Notes under the pieces: generated by a model
The model's database searches: none
Seen by the model: only the letters and a program-made list of their open reading frames with translations
What the model was told of the DNA's origin: nothing
From: Chlorokybus atmophyticus
Taxonomy: Eukaryota; Plantae; Mesostigma and Chlorokybus algae
Length of the DNA: 64,000 nt
NCBI GenBank assembly: GCA_009103225.1
Contig: RHPI01002503.1
Coordinates: 298,363 to 362,362 of the forward strand
Direction of reading: 5' to 3'
Translations under genes and position numbers: made by a program
In this document: piece by piece, positions 1-10,898 of the stretch
Layout: the number at the start of each line of letters is the position of its first letter
Numbering within the stretch: position 1 is the stretch's first letter

Positions 1-79
1 GTGATATGGCAGAATGTCGCTCGACGTCGCTGGACATCGTGAGTTCCCTGTGCATTATGTTAACACAGTTCAGGTTAAA
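1..79. repeat. Left arm of an inverted repeat (partner at 2598-2666); probably continues beyond the window start
   Basis: Reverse complement of 21-79 (tttaacctgaactgtgttaacataatgcacagggaactcacgatgtccagcgacgtcga) closely matches 2598-2656 (tttgacttgaactctgttaacatgccgcacagggaactcacgatgtccagcgacgccgc). The outer gccatatcac motif also matches across a small indel. Confidence 0.8.
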
Positions 80-247
80 TATCCGTATGCCTGTCGACGT
101 GACACAATATGTGCGGCCATGTGTTGTTGTACAAGCAAGTTCTATAACAACATAACTATACAGGTAATAACAGAGCATAAGATTATTCAATTGACAAACT
201 TGACATATGCATCGACAAGGGCAAAACGTGTTTCATGAAATACAGGT

Positions 248-2407
248 CTACTCAGGGGGAGGTGGCTGCGAAGGCCCAGCGCCAGCAGCACCGGTATTGT
301 GTGTATCAACATCCTCATCGTCGTCACTGCTGCTCAGTGCATATACAGGGAAATCGGGGAGCGCTGCACCACGTGGTGGGCGATGCATAAAAATAAGTTG
401 AAAGCAACGGCAGAAAGGACACTCAACTTGAGGGTGAAATCCTGCGCGCAGCTTCTTCAAGCACTGACGGCACAGTGTAGCTCCGCAACATGGCATTGGT
501 AGCAACACTTCCACTGGCTTCTGCTCGCAGCCGCATGTGTTATCTTCACTGTCTACCACGCGATTGCCCTTGTAGTCCTGGCGCACATGTTGCTGCATTT
601 CTTCGGTTGTTGCTGCTTCACGCAGCAACGGGGCAACTGTGCAGAGGTAGGTACAAAGCTTCTCCCAGAGTGTTTGGTATAGTTGCAGTTGCTGCTGCCT
701 TTTAACATCTCTGCGATTGAGGAGCGAAACCTGGTACACCAACCAGTGAACACCAAAATGTTGCATTTGTTAATAATTGTCATAATTGTAATTGTTCAGT
801 ACCTGTCCGTCAAGGTCGATCTCTTTCAACATGTATTTTGCCAAGCTGTCCAACTCCTTTCTAGTGACTTTCAGCTCCAGCTGGAAGCTCTTGAACTGCA
901 CGCCATTGGGTTTAACAACGCGCTCACGAAATCGCCAGTTTGCCGTTTGAAAACGCAGGACGCTTGTCAACTCAGAGGTCTACAACAGCAAGTCAGTTGC
1001 TGTAAAATCTAACAGTGCAGGAACACACCTATTTTTTCTCCGCTGCAATTGTCTGGTTGGCTTTCCCAATCTAGCATTGCAGACGCGCCAATTTTGCATC
1101 GTTACGCTCATTGTGTTGCTGCAACTGTGTGGCCTTGCGCTGAGCTTCTGTCAGCTGCTTGCGTAAACCCACGATGCTTGCTGCGTCTGCGTTTTTGACG
1201 CTTTTTGTCAATTTGACGTGCTCAGCATGCTCTTCGAGTAATGCACGCTCTAGGTCAGCAGAGTTCTGCAGCAGCATGGCCTGCACGCAGACCATTGAGT
1301 TCACTGATCATTTTCAACAGCTTTGCAGCGATCTGGTGATCAAGATGTGTCTGGTTTTGGCATAGCTGTTTTGCTTGCTTCAGGTTGCGCTCGCGAAGGA
1401 CTGTGTTCTCGTCAACCAGTTTGAAATCTGCAAACAATGCCATCAATGGTGTGTGTCAAAACAATGGCACAATTTCCCTTACTTTCGTTTTATAGAACGT
1501 CGAACGTCGTTTTGTACTTCACGAAGCAGGTTGGCACTGAAGGTGTCGATAGCAGCACGCATAAGATCAGGTGTAAATTGGTGAGTTGGCAAACGCGGCA
1601 TTGCTTCCCATGTGTTCATATAGTTCACATGATCAGGTTGAAACCTCTGCAACGATAACATTGATCACCTGTTTCAGCGTCAGTGACATGAGAAGTGGTG
1701 GGAGTATCAGGCGCCATGGACAACATTCCTACGGCGCTTAGACGGAGTCACACGAGAACCTGTTAAGATACATGCACTGAATGAAACTGTTAATGTCACC
1801 ACGAAGCAGTTACGTACCTGTTGGCATCGTCAAGGCACTGGCATTGGTGTCTTCGATGAGGTTAGGATCGTGTAAGATTTCAACAGGGTACAGAACATCA
1901 TGCAGGGACGGTGGCAGGGGGGTTGTTTGCTGCAAAGGCCACGTTCCAGCAATTGGCATAAAGGCACCCATAGTAGGATTGAAGTTGTGTTGTGCCACTG
2001 CAGCCCGACCCTAAGTGGCAACAAGTACATAAACATGATTGCAATCCCATATAAGTCCGTCCAATGTGCCATCATGCAGACAGCAACATGCACTCCAAGT
2101 ATGTTGACAGTGACATTGCACATTGTTAAACTCCCAAGCTGTGGAGCAGTTTCCTATCTGACCCGTGCACAACAATGCATGCCACCATGCAGGACTCAAC
2201 GGATCCAACCAGTACTTCAGCAAGTCGTCATTGTTGGCGTGTTAATGCATTGAAGGCGTCCTTGTGGATACCGCTAGTAAGGTGAGATCTGAAGTTTTGC
2301 ACTCCCACTCTGGCGATCCAGCCTCTGTGTATGCCTGTAAAGTTGCAGCCGTAGATGCAACGGACGAAGTAATTTTCGAAGGTGGCAACACGCCGAGAAC
2401 CCGCCAT
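248..2407 (-). pseudogene. Spliced, disrupted gene: N-terminal C2H2/BED-like finger, central coiled coil, C-terminal RING finger
   Basis: N-term CIYGCNFTG...FRSHLTSGIH; Q/E/K-rich heptad segment (LERALLEEHAEHVKLTKSVK...LRKQLTEAQRKATQLQQ); C-term CGC...PCCGATLCRQC...ECPFC. GT-AG introns link the ORF pieces. In-frame stops at 2228-2230 (TGA), 1071-1073 (TAG), 1029-1031 (TAG) and 770-772 (TAA), plus at least one frameshift. Confidence 0.6.
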
Positions 2408-2597
2408 GGACCTGATTAAGAAGGCGACGCAATGCACCAACGAAACAACGCGGCGGCTACGCTCGACAATCTTGGCGTCGTTGCCGTCGATGAGCTTGCA
2501 TGCGACTTGGTTTCCGAGCCGTGGTAGTCATCGAACATATCGCCTGGGCGCGTACGATAACCCATCATACGCAGAACACATTACGCACGAACCATAG

Positions 2598-2666
2598 TTT
2601 GACTTGAACTCTGTTAACATGCCGCACAGGGAACTCACGATGTCCAGCGACGCCGCGCCATATCAC
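2598..2666. repeat. Right arm of the inverted repeat enclosing the RING pseudogene
   Basis: Matches the reverse complement of 1-79 (see first feature). Confidence 0.8.
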
Positions 2667-2839
2667 GTCATATGACATCATATGCCATATGCATGTCGAT
2701 CGCCGTGACACCATATACTATGATATGGCTTGCTATGGTGCGATGTCGCATGACATGTCGTGAGTTCCTTATTGAAAGAGTTCAGTTAAAATGTGACATA
2801 ACCTCAGTTAATACGACGGAACCGAAAATAATTGTTTTG

Positions 2840-3268
2840 TGACCTGAACTGAAGCGCATTGCACACATGATACTATATGTGTGATATCCATCCATATGCT
2901 GTTGAGCATATTGCGCCATATAATGCCGTATGCTAGCACATCAAACGATATTTTATCAAGTGACGCCATATGCTGTGCTGCAGTGTCGCGCTACGTCGCG
3001 TCCGTCGCTCCTTGTATGCCTGTTGTGGCGGTGAGATGGCGTGTGATCATTAACGTCGCTGAGTTAATAGAGTTCAGGTCACATTGCACGCATGATACCA
3101 TATATGTAATATCCATCCATATGCTTTTGAGCATATCGCGCCATATAATCCGGTATACTAGCACATCAAACGATATTATATCAAGTGACGCCATATGCTG
3201 AGCTGCAATGTCGCGCTACGACCCATCCGTCGCTGCTTGGATGCCGGTTGTAGCGGTGACATGGCGTG
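2840..3268. repeat. Two diverged direct repeats of about 188 bp (period 225) with short inverted motifs; subterminal-repeat-like
   Basis: 2858-3045 and 3083-3268 align throughout (attgcac.catgatac...ccatccatatgct.ttgagcatat.gcgccatataat...gacgccatatgctg.gctgca.tgtcgcgctacg...ggcgtgtg). gtgacctgaact (2840) and agttcaggtcac (3071) are a perfect 12-bp inverted pair, and the motif resembles the agttcagg core of the 1-79 arm. Confidence 0.8.
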
Positions 3269-3799
3269 TGGCAGGCCTCAGCCTGCACTGACGGATTGTA
3301 CTGACAATTTTTGTGTGGTGACTCACTGGTGACAGCCGCCCGCATCGCGCCCAATCAGCCGCACCGCTAGTTAAGCGGCATGTTAACAAGTTTTGGGCCG
3401 CGCGTGATGTGGGCCACAGGTGTGGGCCACATGATGTGGCTCATAACAATAATGTCATGTTTTTATTCTGCGATGATATAATAGGACAAAATGTACATGG
3501 CGTATTTTATTGCATACAACATCAATACTCACATGCTACACGGTATGACATGTTCATAAGTCGAGTAAAATAGACATATTTATATTGGGTATTGTCATTA
3601 CAATGATAACTACGACAAGCACATATATACCATACCTTATCTTATCAAGTCATACACGATGATAGGCCATCCAATTGACATGTACACATATACACTAACA
3701 AGATATCCTATAATATCAACACAGTCCCCCTTAAGGAGGATACGAAAAGGGAAATGAGACTGTAATATTAAAACACAGTCCCCTCCTCGATTTTACTTT

Positions 3800-3861
3800 G
3801 GGGGGGGGGGGGGGGGNNNNNNNNNNNNNNNNNNNNNNNNNNNNNNNNNNNNNNNNNNNNN

Positions 3862-3929
<68 letters not shown>

Positions 3930-3935
3930 CGGGGG
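3800..3935. repeat. Poly-G tract containing a 45-N assembly gap (3817-3861)
   Basis: Directly visible. Confidence 0.95.
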
Positions 3936-3962
3936 GGCGCCTGTATTGAGGTAAATACGGTA
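3936..3962 (-). mobile_element. Possible Tc1/mariner (pogo/Tc2-like) terminal motif; partner end not found
   Basis: Reverse complement reads TA-CCGTATTTACCTCAATACAGGCGC followed by a C run, resembling the TACCGTATTT... termini I recall for this superfamily. No matching second TIR is visible; it may lie in the gap. Confidence 0.25.
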
Positions 3963-5201
3963 AACATATATATACTAATATGCATTCAAGATGCATTATA
4001 TGCTTCACGTATGTTGTGTGTTATTGGTTGAAATGGTCTATTGCGTTGCATTACGGGCTTTAATTGGGCGTACTTTATTTTGTCTTTACCCCATTTCTAC
4101 ACCCAATGTGTCCCTCACACATGCATTGCATATGTATAAAACACACGATGCAAAAGATGCGTATGCAACAGATGTTGCATACGCATCTTACATGTACACA
4201 CACATATACACATACATATATGTATATACACGTGTGTATTTGATCATACTATCCAAAGCATCAAGTATAAGTAGCTACGCATATAAACATGCTCTATGTG
4301 ATCTATTTATGTAACACACACTTATATATGCATATATGCATAGGGTATCATCCAAGGGGCCAACCACACCAGCTGTCACAACAACAAGCAGAACAAGAAC
4401 TAACAACACACAAACCATGTGCTAAGCTAGGATATTAGGGGTTAGGGGCTGGTGCTACGTGCTTGCAATGGTAGAACAGCAGCAGGCAAGCAGGTAGCAG
4501 CAGCAGCATGTATGAGATCCCAGCCAAATATTGCGCGTTGCAGTGGCTTCTCATCTGTATGCTGTGCCTTAGCTGTTGGCTTGCAAGTGTGCACACTGTC
4601 GCATTTTGTGACTCTGTAAGTATATGGTATGCACACAGGAACCGACACATCGATGTGTAATCGCGCTGCAATGCTAGACAGGCAATGTTATTGCGTATTA
4701 CACTTTCGCATACAACACGCATTTCTGAACAAGCCTTCATGATCTGTAGGGCACAATGCTGCGACCATAAAGCTTGCACATGAACCATTCTTATGTTGAT
4801 GATATTCATCGGACATCGGTTTACATAGAAAAGTGGTTGATGTCAACATCAAAACTTTTGTTGTCGATGTGGAGACATTTGTATACTGGAACCTAAGCCG
4901 CAAGCATGATGATAGCAGTAGAGGGCGAACTTCCCTCAGCAGGGCAAATCAGTGACACAGCGCCTAGCACATAAGACTAGATTGGCAAAGCAAGTATATC
5001 AGCAATACCGCGTAGCATACAATCTATAGCGATCCCACTACACAGGTTGCTGCGCTAATCGAAGAATGGCCAAGCAGCTACGGTAAAGCAATCGCCAAAC
5101 TAATCAGCAAATAATGCATGCATACCTGCTCTGCAAATCTGCTACCAACACAAAGACAGCGCTGAGTTGCACCTGCAGTTGGTTTGCACATGAATGGCAC
5201 T

Positions 5202-8200
5202 CTAGGACCGCTTGCATGGCTCCACACCCCAAATCTCCTCGGCATACTGCTTGATTGTCCGATCGCTGCTGAACTTGCCAGATCCGGCTGTGTTCATGAT
5301 GCTCATGCGGGTCCACCTGGCCTGGTCAACATATGCCCTGTCCACTTCTGCCTGCGCCTCCAAGTAGCTCGCGAAGTCATTGGCTACCAGGTAGTAGTCA
5401 CCTCCGTAACCCTCCACGGCCTCCGCGATTGGTGAAAGATATTCCTGCCAGCCGAAGAACCCTGTGCGGATCATGTCAACAACCTGCAGGAAGCGTCCAT
5501 CCGGGCGGTAGTTCATGCGCTCAGCCCGCGCCTTAGGCACGTCATGTGCGAGCAACCCAAAGATGAACTGCACACAGATCCTAATGTGAGCGCACAGTCT
5601 CGGCAAGGATGCCGATCATACATGGACCATTCAGGCACAGGCATACCATGTTCTCCTCTCCAACCTCCTGCGCAATCTCCACATTTGCTCCATCCATGGT
5701 GCCAATGATCAATGAGCCATTCATGGCGAACTTCATGTTGCTCGTTCCTGAGGCCTCCGTGCCAGCTGTGGAGATGTGTTGCGATAGCTCCGTGGCCGGG
5801 ATGATGGTTTCCGCCAGCGACACGTTGTAATCGGGTAGGAAGAACTGTGAGCATAGCGTGTGAGCCACACAAACACAGACATCATGCCAGTCAAATACTG
5901 CTTAACTCAACCAACAACTCACGAGCTTGAGGAGGTCGCCAACATCAGGATCATTGTTGATCTTCTCCCCTACAGAACAGACCAGCTTGATAATCCTCTT
6001 GGCCATGTCATACCCGGGTGCCGCTTTGCCTCCAATGACGACCACGCGAGGCACAACCTTCTTCCTTTCTTCAGGACTCATGCTCTGAGCAACAGATCTG
6101 GGTGAGCCCGACCTGAAGCAGTGCTCTACGGCAGGCTCAATGCTTGCTTTACAGAGGATGCGGCATGTAACACAAGGCTCACCTTGATCTGAGTGTACCG
6201 GTAGATCACACTGAGGACGTTCAGCAGCTGCCGCTTGTACTCATGGATGCGCTTGACTTGGACGTCAAACAAAGCATTCGCATTGACCTGGTGCAGCAAT
6301 TGTTAATCTTCAACTATGACAAGGGTGAAAGTGTGCAACACCAGCATTACACTTCCGTCATCCCAACTGTGCCAGGCGAACACCAACACATTGAGCACTA
6401 AAACTCAACGAGTGCATGCTAACGCTTCACAAGTGGCAAATGTGAAGGCTGACCGTTTGGCCTGTGAGCCGCTTGATGACAGCTGCGAGTTTGATCTTGT
6501 TTTCATTCTTGATTGCCCGCCACTCAGCCTGCAACTCCGGGTTGTCTGCATGCTCGCGCAGGCCTGCCAGCAGGTCCAGCTCTGTAATCCACTTCTCTGT
6601 TCCCAGCCACTTGGAGATGATTTCGCGCAGCCCTGGGTTACAGAAGGCCAGCCATCTCCGCTGCATGCACCAAATGTTGCTATGAGCAGGTGCACCTCTG
6701 GACAGGACCTACAGCTTTACATAGCTATCGACGGGCCAACCTGTGTGACACCATTGGTCTTGTTCTGGAACTTCTCGGGCCACAGCTCATAGAAGTCCTG
6801 TGAGCATGTACACATGAGATTGCCTGTAGTAGCTCTGGTCTCGACCGTACTTGCAACTTCAGTACCTTGAAGACAGCTGCCTTCAGAATGTCCGTATGGA
6901 TTGCTGCGACGCCATTGACGGCACGAGATGCGACCAGTGCCAAATGCGCCATACGCACTTGCTTGGGTTCTCCCTCCTCTATGATGGACATGCTCGACAT
7001 CCTGGCAAAGTCGTCGCCAAACTTCGCCTTGATAGCGTCCAAGAAGCGCTGGTTGATGTCGTACACAATCTGGATGTGGCGCGGCAGCAACCGCTCAAAG
7101 AGAGGAAGCGGCCACTTCTCAAGAGCCTCAGGCAGCACAGTATGGTTGGTGAAAGAGAAAACCTGCATAATTTTTACTGTCTGTAATCAGATTATACGTA
7201 AATGTGCACACACATGGGGAACATAGATACACATATAAATGCCACCCACCCAACGCACTTGCAGTTTTATGCACAACTAACCTTGGTTGTCAATTTCCAA
7301 GACTGCGTCCATCCCAACCCCTCCTCATCCATCAACAGGCGCATCAGCTCTGGTACCCCAATGGTTGGGTGCGTGTCGTTCAGCTGCAGTGCGACCTGTT
7401 TGCAAAACGGGTCAGCGTGTTGTGCAAGAAGAAAAACATGAAGATCACAACGGCAAGCAATAAACCTGTCAAGTGCACGCAAGCTTACCTTTTCTCCAAA
7501 GAGATCCCAGACCTCCTTGCCCTTGGTGACATCGTGAACATCCTTGAAACGACGAATGATATCCTGCAGTGTAGCTGATACGAAGAAGTACTGCTGCCGC
7601 AACCGCAGCTCCTTGCCCTGGAACGTGCGGTCATCGGGATACAGGACACTGCTGATGGTTTCAGCGCGCTGCTTGTTCAAGATGGCAGCAATGTAATCTC
7701 CGGTGTTGAATGATTCCTAAACAACACAGGACGTTGGCAACCACTAACCACCTCGTCGTAGCAAATTGTGCCATCGACGGTCAGAGCTTCAGAGGCATAA
7801 CTGCAGTACCAGATCAAATTCACCACTGGGTTTTGCGCCCCACAGTCGAAGGTTGATGGTGTTCTCAGTGTCGAACCCTGGAATAGGGTTGTCGTAAGCC
7901 ACTGCCATGACCTGCACACGCAGGCACAATGAATACGCGCCCTAGAAGCAAGTACAATGATGCACAGCTGCATAAGGCAGACGTACTGTTTCTGCAGGAT
8001 TCCAGGTAAATTTCAGCTTGCCATTTTCTGAAGCGCTTGACACATGGCCGTAGAACTGCACATAGCAAGACATGCATGATCATTTATTATCAGCTGTAAA
8101 CTGCACACAGCATCATGAATGCACATGCGTAGTATCCACGGTTGCGAGACTTGATTGCATGCTCCGACAGCTGAATATTCTCTCCTGAATGAGACGAAAT

Positions 8201-10119
8201 AGTCTCGTATAGTACTTGGCCAGAAACGACGGAGAGGGTCCGGAGACCAGGGGGGGGGGGACTGGCACTTACCTTGACAGGGTACGAGATGTTGGGGCGT
8301 TCGATTTCCCAAGGGTTGCCAAACGTCAGCCAGTAATCAGGCTGTTCATGCTGGAAGCCATCTTTAAGTGTCTGCCTGAACATCCCGTACTGATAGCGGA
8401 TGCCATACCTATTGAAAACATGCACAAGGTATGACAATAAGGGTGCTGATAGCATTGTGCAGCACATGCTGCACTGATAGCACACTTCACTATGTACATT
8501 GCCACACAACATGCTCACCCCCATGCTGGATAGTTGAGTGTTGCCAGCGAATCCAAGAAACAGGCAGCCAACCGTCCAAGGCCTCCGTTTCCAAGTGCAG
8601 CATCGCGCTCCTGCAGGCAGTGACAACCAGCAGATTGGGCCATGACATTTACAACCAGATTGTACGAAACACGGACATTATGACGCTACCAACACTTGAC
8701 CCAGCTAGGAAGGACACTCAAGAACGAAACTGACAGCGCAGTCACCTGCTCGGCAATGCTCTCTAGGTTGTAGCCAAGCTGGGCAAGAGCTTCATCATAC
8801 TGCTCTTTGACGGAGAGGTTGTACAGGCAGTTGAGCAAAGAGCGGCCTGCACCCAACTTTGTCAAGTTCATTTTTTCCCAAGTTCACAAAAACGAACAAA
8901 ACTACATTTGACCAGAAGGTTCTTGTGTACCCATCAGAAACTCCATAGACAGATAGTACACCCGCTTGGGATCCTGGTCGCGAAAGTACTGCTGTGTATC
9001 GTTCCAGCTCTCAATCAAGCGATCCCGTACGCTGTGAGCTGTGGCCTGCAATACAATTGCGATTTGAGAACCTGTGAAAACACGCTTTTTCAAAACACCC
9101 AGCGCAAGCGACGTACCTGGTAAGCCTCAAAATCGTCAAACTTATAACGCGACCTTGCAATCGTGTACTCAACATGATTAACAATGCTCTCTTGAATGGA
9201 GAGCACATCATTCTTGATGTACGTGCCCATGAGATGATACAGCAGATCGGTCTTGCGTTGAGCAGTGTCACCCTGCTCGCGAACTTCATCAAAGATCTTG
9301 GAGGTTGGCCTTTTCTTCATCGCTACTGCGGTAGGCCTGTCGGCCCCAAGGACCGCCTCGAGGTATTCCCTGACGTTATTGATGTCATCCTTGTCGTCAA
9401 GCTTGCGACCTTGAGAGTCAGTGACGTAGAACACGTCCTTGGCAATGCCATCATCTGTGGAAACCACAGCGCGAACAACGTCGATGCCGAGCGTGTGGAA
9501 AGTGGAGTTGATAGTCTGCACAGCAAGTGTGTGCATTAGCAGTTGAAATCACACGATTATACGGCAATTGCAATTTACAGCGACGACTGCAGTATGCAGT
9601 AGCGGAATGCATGTACACTAAGCTGCAAGGGTTTCAACCATAGTCGGTGCAACCAACGCATGCATCGACGACACAGTCACGCACAGGAAAAGGCCATGGG
9701 AACAACCGGAGGCTTACATGCAGAAGGCGAGGCTTGTTGTCTGTCTCGATGCTGATGACGGTGAACTTGGCATCCGATTCGTTATCCAAAGCCACCTTCA
9801 CGACGTTCTTCTTTGGAGCCTGTGCAGCCACCGCATTGACGACATTGGAGGCGCGGCTGCGGCTGCCTGAGGACTTGGGAGTGCTGCTGAAATTGGACTT
9901 GGGAGCTTCAGCACGGACAGTGCCAGGCAGCCCTACGCTGCTGCTGCTGCTGCTGCTGCTGCTCGCCCCTCTCCTGGACCGCAGCAGCTCCGCCACACCC
10001 TCCCCCCTCGGCGCCCTGAGCACACCGGCCGAACGAGGCGCCGGTCTGCTAATGCTGCTGCTGGCGCTGCTGCTACAGCAGCCCACTGAGGGCGCAACCC
10101 TGGCCGCCAATGCCTCCAT
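5202..10119 (-). CDS. Alpha-glucan (starch/glycogen) phosphorylase, GT35, with transit peptide and N-terminal ACT-like domain; about 16 exons
   Basis: Continuous spliced frame with GT35 motifs: [100 protein letters not shown] motif [26 protein letters not shown]-rich N-terminus; stop TAG at 5202. Confidence 0.95.
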
Positions 10120-10763
10120 GGCTGACGAGGGCCTCCACAAACGAACCCGCCAAGAACCACACCACTGACACTGTCGCCGCCGCCGCAGAGCACAAACCCT
10201 ATCCTACCTGTGCCCTTGCCAACTGTGTTGGGTCAATCATGCACGGCTCAATGCACGGCACTGCCGTCACACTCTGTCTGCGCTTTACAGCTGGCGCACC
10301 AGCAGTGTCATAGAATGCATTGTTGCTTAACGAACTCCGTAAGAATATCTTTACCGTCAGCAGCTGACCCCTTGTTTTTTTTCAGGGGGATTCCGTCCCC
10401 AGCGCTTGAAACGCAATTTGGCACCTTTTTGCGCGTCCCTTTCCGACGCGTAAGAACACATCAATGCAGGAACGTCGCATTGTTCGTGTAGGATGGCAAG
10501 GCCGAACGCTCTGTTTTTGAGGATTTGGGCAAACTGTTTTGGGGCAGCGACAGAGATGCCAGCCCTGTCTATGTACGGAACGTACAGTGTCGAGATGCGT
10601 TAGTCCGGCCTCAACTTCCCGTGTACTTGCCCACACTTCACATCACAAAAGAATCCACAATATGTTGATACGTTACACAATGGTTTATTTAGCTTTGGCC
10701 GTTATCAAGATTCTTCGGTTGAGTATCATTCAAGGAAGTCTTACTCAAGCAGCTAGCAAGTCT

Positions 10764-10898
10764 CCCCCNNNNNNNNNNNNNNNNNNNNNNNNNNNNNNNN
10801 NNNNNNNNNNNNNNNNNNNNNNNNNNNNNNNNNNNNNNNNNNNNNNNNNNNNNNNNNNNNNNNNNNNNNNNNNNNNNNCCCCCCCCCCCCCCCCCCCC
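10764..10898. repeat. Poly-C tract containing a 110-N assembly gap (10769-10878)
   Basis: Directly visible. Confidence 0.95.

Noticed and set aside
248-1100. Alternative genetic code (TAA/TAG = Gln, as in some ulvophytes), suggested by in-frame stops
   Set aside because: The intact genes I traced have no internal TAR codons and end in TAG (phosphorylase, NOX) or TAA (GT2, spatacsin, PARP-E2).
4435-4903. Short minus-strand exon-like fragments (e.g. VPVYKCLHIDNKSFDVDINHF)
   Set aside because: No consistent spliced frame and no recognisable motif.
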